A stretch of DNA of 64,000 bases from Akkermansiaceae bacterium (GCA_040880785.1 JBBEEL010000077.1:19857-83856), one strand, 5' to 3'. Positions 1-10,320 are shown, numbered from the stretch's first letter. Program-made: numbers and translations. The notes: generated by a model from the letters alone, not told the origin.

Positions 1-85
1 CGAAGAGCACTTCGTTGAGCCCGTTGGAGAGTGAGCGCAGGTGTTTGTTGGCATCGGCGACTTCGGATTCGGTTGCGTTTTCCAT
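1..85 (-). CDS. 5' end of a gene running off the left edge, possibly a MoxR-type AAA+ ATPase
   Basis: The minus strand from ATG at 85 reads MENATESEVADANKHLRSLSNGLNEVLF..., open to the window edge. It resembles the helical N-terminus preceding 'GQ' in MoxR proteins. Only 28 codons are visible. Confidence 0.4.
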   Translation of the reverse strand, partial: MENATESEVADANKHLRSLSNGLNEVLF

Positions 86-363
86 GGCTTTCCCCTTCAG
101 GCTAATGAATCCGCGGTGCTTTGGAATGACGAAACTGTGAAATTTGCGTGAAGATCCCATCTAACAAAACCGTAGGGATTCGGTCAGGAAAGTCCGCTTT
201 TGATCCTGGCAGGGGTCGCTGATTGCAGCCTCGGACCGAGGAATCATAATGCCGGCAACCGGCGTTGCTTGCAACCGACCTAAAAATACTCGAATCGCAG
301 TATTTCACTCTTGATCAGATCCGTGATTCCGCTCGAAGACACTCACTGAAATCAAAACAAGCG

Positions 364-702
364 ATGAAACCGAACCAAGCGCCAACCAGTCTACGCGAAC
401 CAAAACAGATCCCCAACCCTCCCAGCAATCCAGTCACAGGGTTGATCCGCGGTAATCTTGCCCATCACGGCCTAACGCAGGCGGCAGCCGCAAAGGCGAT
501 GCGAATCTCCCCCGGCGTGATCTGCGATGTCATCAAAGACAGGAAACCCGTTAGCACGGAACTGGCTTTACGTCTTGAACATTGCTTGGGCCTCTCGGCG
601 GATTTCATCCTCAAGGTCCAAGCACATTTCCAATACTGCGTCGAATACCATGCGAAATCATCCATCATCGCCGCGGAGGTCAAGATACTCGTGACTGCCT
701 GA
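364..702 (+). CDS. higA: HigA-family antitoxin / XRE HTH protein (no cognate toxin adjacent)
   Basis: GLTQAAAAKAMRISPGVICDVIKDRKPVSTELALRLEHCLGLSADFILKVQ matches the HigA HTH pattern. ATG at 364 is preferred over the TTG at 265. Confidence 0.8.
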   Translation: MKPNQAPTSLREPKQIPNPPSNPVTGLIRGNLAHHGLTQAAAAKAMRISPGVICDVIKDRKPVSTELALRLEHCLGLSADFILKVQAHFQYCVEYHAKSSIIAAEVKILVTA

Positions 703-889
703 CTGCCTGTTCGCGATCCTCCTCTGCCACTTTCTCTGCTTTGGCCCCGGCGACTCGCCAGCAGATGTCGGAGCTCAAAACGAGACATATCCAGTCAACT
801 TCCGCTTATCCGCCGGGGTAAATATTAGCTGCTTCTTCAGAATCTGCTGTCTGCATCCTGTCAAAAGTTGCACACTGACCCCATTTTCC

Positions 890-1714
890 GGCCACCTTGA
901 TTTGGGCGTTCCCGACCACGGGAAAAAGCGCACCCATGACATTACCGTCATCAAGCGCACCACCGCCGCCACTCTCCGCAACAATGTCCCCGAAGGCCGC
1001 AAGATCCTCTACGTTTGGGACAAGGCCTGCATCGACTACCGGAAGTGGAGTAACCTCAAAGCCACCGCAGGCACCTACTTCATCACCCGCGAAAAATCCA
1101 ACAGCGCGGTGATGAAAGCGTCGGGCAACCTCATTGACCACACCGATCCACGCAACAAAGGCATAGTAAGCGAGTATCTCGTCAGCCCCAGCTACGGGGA
1201 AGTCCTGCGGCGCATCACCTACACCGATCCCGCTGACGGCACCACCTACGTATACCTCACCAACGAGATAAAAATCCCTGCCCACTTGATGGTGATCATT
1301 TACGAGCAGCGTTGGGACATCGAGAAGGTTTTCCACCAGCTCAAAAGCAAGATGGAGGAGAGGAAATCCTGGGCGAGTTCGGAAACCGCAAAACGTCACC
1401 ACGCCATCTTCGAGTGCCTCGCTCACAATCTTTGCCTGCTCATGGAATTTGAAATGAACCGCCGGGGTCTGCGCGACGCAGTGGAGGAGAAGAAAAACAA
1501 AGGCAGGGAGGGGAGCCGTCTCAATCGACAAGGCGAAGTGATGGAAAAAGCCACGAACTTCATCGGAAAAGCGATCCACAGAGCCACGCAGAGGACAGTG
1601 CGTTTCATCCGCTGGTTACAAGCCGCCCTTTACCACCAAGGCTCCCTGAACGAAGCCATAGCAATGCTCAAACGAGTCTGGTGCCCCAAAAAAATAATAA
1701 ACTTTTCCACACCG
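890..1714 (+). mobile_element. Truncated IS4-family DDE transposase remnant
   Basis: Motifs KKRTHDITVIK, YVWDKACIDY, YFITREKSN, YVYLTN and YEQRWDIEKVFHQLK are present, but the N-terminal part is missing. The natural stop TAATAA at ~1695-1700 is out of frame by one A in an A7 run. A probable right end ACTTTTCCACACCG lies at 1701-1714. Confidence 0.8.
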
Positions 1715-1769
1715 ATCAGTTCGATGTCCTTGAAATCGACCGCCACCTCGCTGGTGTCTGTCACTTCCT

Positions 1770-2075
1770 GGTTGCCGCAGTGCGCGCCCATGGGGAGAGC
1801 GAGGCGGAGCGGATCATCCGCGTGGTCGGGGCCGGGCTGGGACTGCCCGAACGCGCCGGGGAACTGCGGATGTTGCGAAAGGGGGACCCGCGCAAGGTGA
1901 TCTGCGCAACTCTGGTGAAAGGGCGTATCTCAATGAAGAACGATTGGCTGGCCAACCGGCTATGGATGGTCCACCATGCAGCATGGGCTGACTGGTGAAC
2001 CGAGCACGGAAGGATCCAAAGAGCATGAAAGTCATGAAGAAACATGAAAAAACATTTAAATCCAAGGACTGACCC
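1770..2075 (+). pseudogene. C-terminal remnant of a RAYT/IS200-like (Y1 HuH) transposase
   Basis: AVRAHGESEAERIIRVVGAGLGL...LRKGDPRKVICATLVKGRISMKNDWLANRLWM resembles the C-terminal helical part of verrucomicrobial Y1 transposases. It ends near AAGGACTGACCC. No HuH core is present. Confidence 0.55.
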
Positions 2076-2212
2076 TGCTAACCATGTCGCCACGGTCGCG
2101 GGCTTGGCTGTGGCGCTCTCAGTCCTTAGGACCCCTTTCATGCATCGCCGCCTACCGCTGAAGCGGATCCAAGGGCATCTACACATCGCAATGGATAGGC
2201 TAACCGAAGATT

Positions 2213-5200
2213 TCACGGTGCCAGCGGGACCAGGCGGATGTTCCGATACTCGACGGTGCCCGCGCCCGTCGCGTGCGAGTCCTGCAGGCCGATCAATCCA
2301 GAGGTCGGCCAGTCGAAGCCCGGATAGGCCGCGCGGACATCGGCGACATCGACGGTGGGCACGCCATCAACGACAATACGCAGTCGGTCGCCGATCATCA
2401 GGATTTCCAGTCGATGCCAGACGGAATGACTGGCGTCCGCGGCGGGGCTGGCGGGCAGGCGGTCGTAGACCGATCCCGTCGAATGGATCGGCAGGCGAGG
2501 TTCGTTCGTGAGCTGGATTTCGCTGCCGGTGACCCACGGATCGCCGGTGGCGGCGCAGCGCAGGAAGATGCCGGAGTTGCCGTTTGGGGAGAGCCGATAG
2601 TCGAGGCTCAGGAAGTAGTCCGAATACGTTCCGCCGAAATAGGCCCACTCGGATGGTTCCGTGCTGTCCTGACGGAGGACTCCTGTGTTAGAATCGAAGG
2701 TCCACCCGGCATTGCCGCCGACGAAGGTGAGCCCGGCCAAGCCGTTCGCGAGCAAATTAATGCCATGGGCGGTCGGCCAGCCACCGGCGACACGCCAGAA
2801 ATGCCGTGGGTCACCGGGGAGGGGAAGCTGCCAGATGCTCGCTGCCGCAACGAAACTGGAAGGCGTGAAAACGCTCTCACCTTCAAGCGTCCACTGCGCG
2901 AGATCGGGCGAGCGTTCGATCCAGTAAGTATTTCCCGGCAGGGTTCCCGCGGAGAGTAGATAGTCGCTAGATGATGGATCCGGGCCGAACAGCGGGCTGG
3001 TTCCGCCTTGCCCGAAGTAGGCTCCGGGAGCCATGGGAGCGAGTGGATCAAAACCGAGACGGATCGCGGTGGCGTCGGAGAGTCCGTCGCCGTTGCTGTC
3101 CACATGCCCCGGGCCGACCCAGACGAGAACCGGTTGTTGGAAGGATAGCCCGGCGCTGTCGGTGACTTTCACGCGAACACTGTGAATCCCGGCGGATAGC
3201 ACGGCTGTGGCGATCAGCCGGTCACCTTGGATGCTGAACGAGGCATTGTCCGTATCTCCCACCCCGCTGGCGAATTCGAAACGGGGAAAACCCGCTTGGT
3301 GGGGAGTGACGGAACTCCAGTCGTTACCCAGGCGGAACTCGTCAAGGACGGGCGCGGAGGTGGTCACGAAATCGCTGAGGCCGACGCGGTTGAATCCGAT
3401 GGAGCCAGCGGTCTCGGCGGGCGTGAAGGAAAGATCCGGTGACGACGGCTCTGCGGCAAGCGACGGATCGATCCACACGGAGACGGAGTCATTTCCCGGC
3501 AGATGATTGATTTTCACGACATAGAAGTGCGGGTTCGAATCCGGGATCGGGAAGAGCTTGTTGGTGCCGTTCCGCACGCGGACGCCGAAGCCGGTTTCGT
3601 TGCCGATTTGCAGCACGCGGTTCGCCTCCACAGCGGTGCCGTTCCAGAACTCGACGCCCCAGAAGTGTTCGTTGCTGCCGGGATCGGCGATGAAGCTAAC
3701 ATAGGTCACCGTGCCATCGGCGCCACGGGCGGAAGTTAGAGCACGGTTGTTGCGGGAAGCGGGCGCGCAAAAGCCGCTGTTTCCCGACGTTTGCAAGGCA
3801 ATGCCGGAATCATCGGTGTAGGAAAGCGAGCCGGCGGGAATTGTCGAAGACGTGCCGGTGACCTCCCATGCAGCGGAGAAACCGGTGCCACCGGCCTTCC
3901 CAGTTAGACTCGTGGCGGCGACGTAGTCGAAGGATTCCTCGACCTCCGGAGCGGAGGATGGCGCGGTGGCCGTGGTCGTTTGGAGATCACCGAGATCCTC
4001 ATCGTCCATCAGCAAGCGGCCGACGAGCGCACTCGCGACATGATCGGGCGGCATTATGGCATTGGTGAGCAGGATACGCCGCGGGGCGTACTCCACGGGG
4101 ACGTCGGCGATCTGGATGGAGAAGGTGGAGTCGGTGAAAAGGCCGGATTCGTCGGTGGCACGGACGCGAACCTGATAGGAGCCACGGAGCTCGTGGTCGA
4201 ACGGGATCGCTGCGGCGAGGGTTTCTCCGTTGATGGAAAAAAAGGTGTTGTCCGCAACGCCGGACGGCAGGGAGAAGGTGATCGTTTCCCCGCTGATGTC
4301 GTGGGAGGCGGAAAACGTCCCGATCGAGGAGCCGGAGGGCTGGTTTTCGAGGATGCTGCTTTGGTCAAGTAGCATGTTGAAGGGACCGCCGGGGATCTCA
4401 TTGAGGGTGTACCAGACCTCGCTGGAGAGAATGGCGGAGCCGTCGTCGGAAACGGGATCACTTTTCAGATAGACCACGTGGCCGGCGTCCAGGTCCGGGA
4501 TTACGAGCCTAACCTTGGTGCGATCGGCGGAAGCGGTGGCGCTGCTGACCAAGAGTGTTTCCTCGCCGATCTTCGCGCCGCCATAGTCCGCAGTCGGCTG
4601 ATAGGACCACTGTTTCACGGTGAAGTTCGCGGGATTCTCCAACGCCGCTGCCGGCACCGGCTTGGTGTAGGTGACCTCGAAGCCGGTGGAGGTGGCGCTG
4701 ACTTTGCCGATCTCGAAGGTCACCGGATCTCCCGACTTCGGCGTGAGCCGTTGGAGGCCGGTGGTAGTGCGGTTCCACGACCAATTCCCGCTGCCGCCGA
4801 TGCAGCCGACGTAGAGCGTGCCGTTAGGCCCCCAGGCGAGGCGATTCACGCCGCCTTCGAGGCCCTGGGTGAAACGATAGATGCAACCTTGCCACGTGCC
4901 GCGCACTTTTTCGAGCGACACGCGGTTGATGCCGCCGAGCGTGATGTCGCCGACGAGCAGGTCGCCAGCGAAGGGACCGTCGGGGATGGACAGCGGCTGC
5001 GAGGGTGAGTTGGCGATCTCGTTCTGCGGGAACCAAACGGCGGGCGGGGTCATCGGCTGGTCGGAGAAAAGGCTCGAGCTGCCGCCGTCGTTCGTGATGT
5101 TATAGTGACCGTAGAAATGGCCCTGCTGGAGATGGTTGAGGCGCGACGAGGGCAGCCACGCGCCCTGGTTGTCGGTTTGGAAAATCTCTCCTTCCGGACC

Positions 5201-7666
5201 GAAGCACAGGCCGTTCGGCGTGCGGAGTCCGCCAGCGAGATAGTTGACCTCACCGGTCGCCAGATTGGTGCGGACCAGGGTTCCACGGTTAGGCGGGTTC
5301 GGGCCGTTGAGACCGGGGTAGTCGAAATAGATCGAGGTGGAGAGCGTGCTGTAGGCGAAGCCATCCTTCTCGATCAGGCCGAAGTGGAAGTGGTGATAGT
5401 TGTCGGAAATCCAGCCACTGCCGATGTCGTCCTTGGTTTCGTAATAGCCGTCGCTGTTGGTATCGCGGAGGCGGGTGACGGCGGTGCGCTGGGTGACGTG
5501 GAGTTCGCCGCCGATGAATTTCATCCCGAGTGGTTCCGATAGACCGGCGGCCACCTCAGTGACGGTCACGGCTTGCGGATCTTCGCCCTGCACGTGAGTG
5601 AGCGCCCAAACTTTTCCGTCGCCACCGGGCAGTGGATCCGGGGTGCTGTTCTGGTTCGGATTGAAGGTGGTGATGAACAAGCGGCCATCGGGATGCACGG
5701 CCATCGCGCCGACCTTCGGATTGAAGGAAGACGGGTGGATTGTCGTCACGCGCCACGACGGGTGGACCGAGTTGAGCGGCTGGCCGCTGCCGGGACGCGA
5801 GCCGTCGCCGGGAGTGATGATCTCCTTTTTTCCCGGAGCCACGACACGGGTGACGCCGGCGGTGGTGAGAAACGAGGAGGCGGGCACCGTGACGAAGTCC
5901 GCCGCGCCGGGTGGACGCCATTCGAGTTTCAGCACGGGGTTTCCGGTGTTCTGGAAGAAGCGCAGCTTCAGAGGGACCAATCCGCCGGTTAGATTGATTT
6001 CGCCGGTGGCGGAAGTTGCCTCGTGTTCGCCGTCGTGATCGATGACGAGGGAGTCGCCGATCCACAACTCCGAACCATCCGCCGATGTCAGGCGGAACTC
6101 ATGTTGGCCGGAAACCGGAACGAAAAGATCGGCGTGGCATTCCACCACGAACTGCTGGGTGTAGCCCCCGAAGTCACCGCTGCCGGACCAGTCGATGGTG
6201 CTGCGTTTCTGGTCCAAGTTGGGCGTCTGTCCGGGAACGAGTGGATAGAGCTGGTCCATCGCTTCCCGGATGTCGTAGAGGCGGAAGGTCAGGCCGGCTT
6301 CGTAGTCCGCCAGATTTCCAAGAATCAGGATCGCCGGATCGGAAAACACCGACAAGGGCTGCAGCCCGGCGGAGACAGGCGCGTCGTCGGTGACGCGAAC
6401 GGTGTAAACTCCGGTATCAGCCTCGGAAACCGAGTTGAGCGAAAGGGTCGCGGAAGTGGCGTTGGAAATCTCCTCCCCGCCCTTGAGCCATTGGTAGGTT
6501 AGATTTCCGACGCCGGAGGCCACCACGGTGAAAGTGGCGCTTTCGCCCGCGTTCACGCCGAGCGGCGCGGGCTGCTGAGTGATGTCCGGCGCGGGAAAGG
6601 TCATGGTCAGGGTCGCGATGTTGCTGTCCACCGCGGCTGTCGTATTGGTGGCGACCACCCGGTAGAAACCGGTGGACGCATAGGGGGCGGCGTTGATCGA
6701 AAGCACTGGCTGCGTGGCGCCGGAGACCGGGGACCAATCAGTTCCGTTAGCGGAAAAATGCCATTGGAAGGTTGGGGCCGGATTCGAGATGGCGTCCGCG
6801 GTGAAGATGACGGTGTCGCCGACGTGACCGGCCTGACTGGCGGGCTGCTGGAGAAAGAACGGCTGGGCCGGCAGCACGGAGACGCTGTCGAATGTCGTGC
6901 CCCAGCGGATTTCGTCCCAGGCGGAGGAGTTGCTGGCGTAGTCGGACAAGGCGAGGCGGTCGAACTGTGTGTTGAAACCGCTGCGGGTCACTCCACCGGA
7001 TGGCTCGCCGCCGCCGAGGACGGGGTCGATCCAGACGGTGACGGAGTCGCCGTTGTTAGATGCGCTGAGGGTGAATTTTGCCACGAAAAGATGCACGTTG
7101 GCATCCGGAGCGAGGTCGAGATTTCCGACGAAGGTCGCGCTGTTCTCCGCGCGGAAGGCGTAGTTGGCGGTGGCAAAGTCGCTGCCAGTGCCAGCGATTC
7201 CAGCGTCGAAGTTGCGGTTTGCGTTGGCGGTGGTGCCGTTGTATAGCGCGAGTGTCTGATAGGTATTGGGGGCGGCCGCCGCATTCTCGTTACCGGTGCG
7301 GAACAACCAGCTCAGGTAACGTGTGCCGGTGGTCGTGTCATCGATTTTCAGGGAATCATCTAACAACCGAAAGACCCGGCCACTGTTGGCAGCGCCGATC
7401 CCGCCGGTGTCGGCACCTTTTGAAACCCCGCCACCGCTTGATCCCGCGTAAAGCGGATTGGCATAAACCAGTGAACCGGAGACCACCGCAGGCTCGGCAT
7501 CGCCGAAGTCGATGTCCGTCCACGCGCCGGAGTAGCCGGAGATCGCGGGATTTCCCGCCGACTGGATCTCCGTGCCGGTGGTGTAGGCGGCGAAGGGATC
7601 ATGGCTGAGATACTGCGCGCAGGCCGGCAGGATCAGGAGTGCTGATAGAATCGAGAAACGGATCAC
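2213..7666 (-). CDS. Large secreted multidomain protein: unnamed N-terminal domain, 2 Ig-like, PA14, sorbosone-dehydrogenase-like beta-propeller, cadherin repeats, second unnamed domain, sorting-like module, DUF1080 (3-keto-glycoside hydratase family)
   Basis: Signal peptide VIRFSILSALLILPACAQ starts at GTG 7666; the ORF track start at 7804 is too long. PA14: FRLTSADGSELWIGDSLVIDHDGEH. Propeller: GLRTPNG, TDNQGAW. Cadherin: SILENQPSG...FDHE...VRVRATD. DUF1080: GNSGIFLR, GSEIQL, GLIGLQDSH, VEYRNIRL. Confidence 0.85.
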   Translation of the reverse strand: MIRFSILSALLILPACAQYLSHDPFAAYTTGTEIQSAGNPAISGYSGAWTDIDFGDAEPAVVSGSLVYANPLYAGSSGGGVSKGADTGGIGAANSGRVFRLLDDSLKIDDTTTGTRYLSWLFRTGNENAAAAPNTYQTLALYNGTTANANRNFDAGIAGTGSDFATANYAFRAENSATFVGNLDLAPDANVHLFVAKFTLSASNNGDSVTVWIDPVLGGGEPSGGVTRSGFNTQFDRLALSDYASNSSAWDEIRWGTTFDSVSVLPAQPFFLQQPASQAGHVGDTVIFTADAISNPAPTFQWHFSANGTDWSPVSGATQPVLSINAAPYASTGFYRVVATNTTAAVDSNIATLTMTFPAPDITQQPAPLGVNAGESATFTVVASGVGNLTYQWLKGGEEISNATSATLSLNSVSEADTGVYTVRVTDDAPVSAGLQPLSVFSDPAILILGNLADYEAGLTFRLYDIREAMDQLYPLVPGQTPNLDQKRSTIDWSGSGDFGGYTQQFVVECHADLFVPVSGQHEFRLTSADGSELWIGDSLVIDHDGEHEATSATGEINLTGGLVPLKLRFFQNTGNPVLKLEWRPPGAADFVTVPASSFLTTAGVTRVVAPGKKEIITPGDGSRPGSGQPLNSVHPSWRVTTIHPSSFNPKVGAMAVHPDGRLFITTFNPNQNSTPDPLPGGDGKVWALTHVQGEDPQAVTVTEVAAGLSEPLGMKFIGGELHVTQRTAVTRLRDTNSDGYYETKDDIGSGWISDNYHHFHFGLIEKDGFAYSTLSTSIYFDYPGLNGPNPPNRGTLVRTNLATGEVNYLAGGLRTPNGLCFGPEGEIFQTDNQGAWLPSSRLNHLQQGHFYGHYNITNDGGSSSLFSDQPMTPPAVWFPQNEIANSPSQPLSIPDGPFAGDLLVGDITLGGINRVSLEKVRGTWQGCIYRFTQGLEGGVNRLAWGPNGTLYVGCIGGSGNWSWNRTTTGLQRLTPKSGDPVTFEIGKVSATSTGFEVTYTKPVPAAALENPANFTVKQWSYQPTADYGGAKIGEETLLVSSATASADRTKVRLVIPDLDAGHVVYLKSDPVSDDGSAILSSEVWYTLNEIPGGPFNMLLDQSSILENQPSGSSIGTFSASHDISGETITFSLPSGVADNTFFSINGETLAAAIPFDHELRGSYQVRVRATDESGLFTDSTFSIQIADVPVEYAPRRILLTNAIMPPDHVASALVGRLLMDDEDLGDLQTTTATAPSSAPEVEESFDYVAATSLTGKAGGTGFSAAWEVTGTSSTIPAGSLSYTDDSGIALQTSGNSGFCAPASRNNRALTSARGADGTVTYVSFIADPGSNEHFWGVEFWNGTAVEANRVLQIGNETGFGVRVRNGTNKLFPIPDSNPHFYVVKINHLPGNDSVSVWIDPSLAAEPSSPDLSFTPAETAGSIGFNRVGLSDFVTTSAPVLDEFRLGNDWSSVTPHQAGFPRFEFASGVGDTDNASFSIQGDRLIATAVLSAGIHSVRVKVTDSAGLSFQQPVLVWVGPGHVDSNGDGLSDATAIRLGFDPLAPMAPGAYFGQGGTSPLFGPDPSSSDYLLSAGTLPGNTYWIERSPDLAQWTLEGESVFTPSSFVAAASIWQLPLPGDPRHFWRVAGGWPTAHGINLLANGLAGLTFVGGNAGWTFDSNTGVLRQDSTEPSEWAYFGGTYSDYFLSLDYRLSPNGNSGIFLRCAATGDPWVTGSEIQLTNEPRLPIHSTGSVYDRLPASPAADASHSVWHRLEILMIGDRLRIVVDGVPTVDVADVRAAYPGFDWPTSGLIGLQDSHATGAGTVEYRNIRLVPLAP

Positions 7667-7694
7667 GGTCGTCGGAATGAAGGAAAAATGAAAA

Positions 7695-7777
7695 GCCGGA
7701 GCAGGCGTCCCCGCTCCGGCCGGAGTTCCGCCAGCACATGCCCTCCATCTGCGAAACCCATTACGCGTAGGAGGGCA
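7695..7777. repeat. Two adjacent intergenic stem-loops inside the operon
   Basis: GCCGGAGC-N10-GCTCCGGC (7695-7720) and an imperfect TGCCCTCC...GGAGGGCA stem (7739-7777). Possible mRNA stabiliser or attenuator. Confidence 0.5.
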
Positions 7778-7800
7778 CCTGCCGGGGTGGAATAAGGGGT

Positions 7801-10320
7801 TCAAGGAGTTTTGACGGCTTCCAGCACCAGGAAGAGCTTCGTGGGCGCGGTTCCGGTGAAGGTGGCGGTGACGGTCGTCGTTCCCGCCGCTGGGGTATTG
7901 AGTGCCGGAGAGATCGTGACGGTGGTGTCGCCGCTGGCCGCGCCGCTGGCATGGAAGGTCGCGAGATCGGTGGACCAGTGGTAGGCGGCGCTCACGTCGC
8001 TGGCGGCGCTACCGCTCTGCGGGTGTTGGAAGGTCACGGTGGTTCCACTCGCGGCGACCTGGGTGATGCCTGTGTTAGAAACCGCTGGATTGGTGCCGAA
8101 AAGGTTTTCCAAACCGTTCTTGATGCCGTCGCCATCCGCGTCGTCGGTGAAGGCGGTGAGGCTTCCCACTCCGGGATACGTTCCGATCCACGCGGCATAG
8201 TCGTTGGCGGGATTGGGATTGGGATTGAGAGTCACGCTGTCGAAGTTGGAACCCCAGCGGATTTCATCCCACGAGGCGGAGTTCCCGTCATAGTCGGAGA
8301 GTGCGAGACGGTCCCAGTTGAAGTTCACGTTGGGGATCGTGGTGCCGCCGGCGGGTTCACCCGCGCCGAGCGTCGGATCCACCCAGACTGTCACGCTGTC
8401 GCTGTTCTCTTCGGCGCTCAGATCGAACTTCACGACCAGCAGGTGGACATTGGTATCCGCCGCGACGCCGGTGCTGTTGTAGATCGCTTCGGCGCCGAAG
8501 TTATACTCGCTGCCGGTCATTCCACCGTTGGTGGTCAGACCGATGTCAAAGCTGCGGGTGCTATCCGTGTCCGCGCCGTTCTTGAGCTCCAGCATCTGAT
8601 AGAGCGTCACTCCGGCTTCCTGACCGCTCTGGAAGAGCAGGCTCAGGTAGCGTGTGCCAGTGGTGTTGTCGCCGGCCACGAGTGGCGCGTCCAACAGACG
8701 ATAGGTCCGGCCGCTTTCCGCTAAGGGAAAATCTCCGCCGAGCGTGTTCGCGGCCACTCTCACCTTGTCTCCGGAAGAACCAAGGTAATTGGGATCCGGG
8801 TAGCTCAGGGATCCGGCGGCGACGGCGGGCTCGGCATCGCCGAAATTGATATCCGTCCATGCGTCGGTGAATCCGCTGATGCTGGGGTTCTGCCCCGGCA
8901 ACTCGCCGAGAATGTATCCGGCGTCGGTGTCGAAGGGATCGTGGCTGACCAGTCCGGACCACGGGGCGAAGACGGTGAGTATCGCGGCATTTGAACTGGT
9001 GGTGGTGACGTTTTCCGTATCGGCAAATCCCGCATCATCGGTGATTTCCACGTAGTATTCGGCAGAGGTTTGGACGTTGGTCAGGGACAGCGTTTCCGAG
9101 GTTTCGCCGTCGAGGAGGGCGTTATCCTTGAACCACTGATAGGTGACGTTCCCGAGGCCACTGGCCTCCACAGACAAGGTGATATCCGAACCCGCTTCCA
9201 CGGCAGCGGACGCCGGTTGGGTGATGATCGTGGGGGGCGGATAAACAAGTGACACCTGTGCCACATCACTGGTGACGGGCGGAGGATTGCCGTTATTGGC
9301 GATCACGCGGTAGAAGCCATTGTCAGAAAAGGCCGCAGGCGAGAACTCCAGCGTCGCGTCGGTGGCACCATCGATTGCGGCCCATCCAGTCTCTCCATCC
9401 GCCGATTTCTCCCATTGGAAAACAGGAGCGGGATCGGCGGATGCGTTGGCTGTCAGCGTCACCGTGTCATTCACATTGCCGGTGTAATCCACAGGCTGGA
9501 GCTCGAAGGTCAGCGTGGCCGGCAAGACGCTGTCCGTCGTGACATTGGCGAAGGTGTTTCCCCAGCGGACGTCATCCCATGCGCAGGAGTTGCCATCATA
9601 ATCGGAAAACACGAGTCTGTCCCAAGTGAAGGTCCTGCCCGTGACGATGGTGCCGCCCGTCGGTTCGTCTGCTCCCAGCACGGGATCCACCCACACGGTG
9701 ACTGAGTCCGAGGCGGCTGTCTCGCTGAGTTCGAACTTCACCACGAGCAGGTGGACGTTAGTGTCCGCCGCGATGCCGGTGCTGGTGTAGGTGTTGTCGG
9801 TGCCGAAGTTGTATGCGGTCCCGGTCTGGCCGCCGTTGGTGGTCAGGCCGATGTCGAAGTTACGGCTGCCATCCGCAGTATTGCCTTGGTAGAGACCCAG
9901 TGTCTGATAGGTCGTCGCGCCGGTTTCCTGGCCGCTTTGGAACAGGAAGCTCATGTAGAGCGCGCCTGCGGTAGTGTCGGTGACGGTCAGCGAACTGTCC
10001 AAGAGGCGGAAGACCCGTCCACTGTTGGCGGTCACAATTTCGCCGCCTGTGATGTTGTTCGCGACGGCGACCTTGTTGCCACTTCCCGCTGCGTAATTTT
10101 CACCGCCGTAGACCAAGGATCCCGCAGTGACGGCGGGTTCTGCATCGCCAAAATCGACATCCAGCCAGGTGCCGGTGTAGCCGGTGACTGCGGGGTTGGT
10201 GACGAAGGGCAGTTCGCCAAGACCATAGCCCGAGAACGAGTCCTGGCTGAGGAGTTGGGCGTTGGCCGCGGATGGCAGCAGGAGCGCCGCGGTGAGGTAT
10301 TTGAATAAGCTGGTTTTCAT
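7801..10320 (-). CDS. Secreted protein: unnamed domain, 2 Ig-like, second copy of the unnamed domain, C-terminal sorting-like module
   Basis: Signal peptide MKTSLFKYLTAALLLPSAANAQ from ATG 10320. Two copies of WxDxxFGDAEPAV...SGRxxRLLD...WDRLxxSDY...WDxxRWG. Ig motifs FQWEKS and YQWFKD. C-terminus DADGDGIKNGLENLFGTNP...WSTDL...KLFLVLEA. Confidence 0.85.
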   Translation of the reverse strand: MKTSLFKYLTAALLLPSAANAQLLSQDSFSGYGLGELPFVTNPAVTGYTGTWLDVDFGDAEPAVTAGSLVYGGENYAAGSGNKVAVANNITGGEIVTANSGRVFRLLDSSLTVTDTTAGALYMSFLFQSGQETGATTYQTLGLYQGNTADGSRNFDIGLTTNGGQTGTAYNFGTDNTYTSTGIAADTNVHLLVVKFELSETAASDSVTVWVDPVLGADEPTGGTIVTGRTFTWDRLVFSDYDGNSCAWDDVRWGNTFANVTTDSVLPATLTFELQPVDYTGNVNDTVTLTANASADPAPVFQWEKSADGETGWAAIDGATDATLEFSPAAFSDNGFYRVIANNGNPPPVTSDVAQVSLVYPPPTIITQPASAAVEAGSDITLSVEASGLGNVTYQWFKDNALLDGETSETLSLTNVQTSAEYYVEITDDAGFADTENVTTTSSNAAILTVFAPWSGLVSHDPFDTDAGYILGELPGQNPSISGFTDAWTDINFGDAEPAVAAGSLSYPDPNYLGSSGDKVRVAANTLGGDFPLAESGRTYRLLDAPLVAGDNTTGTRYLSLLFQSGQEAGVTLYQMLELKNGADTDSTRSFDIGLTTNGGMTGSEYNFGAEAIYNSTGVAADTNVHLLVVKFDLSAEENSDSVTVWVDPTLGAGEPAGGTTIPNVNFNWDRLALSDYDGNSASWDEIRWGSNFDSVTLNPNPNPANDYAAWIGTYPGVGSLTAFTDDADGDGIKNGLENLFGTNPAVSNTGITQVAASGTTVTFQHPQSGSAASDVSAAYHWSTDLATFHASGAASGDTTVTISPALNTPAAGTTTVTATFTGTAPTKLFLVLEAVKTP

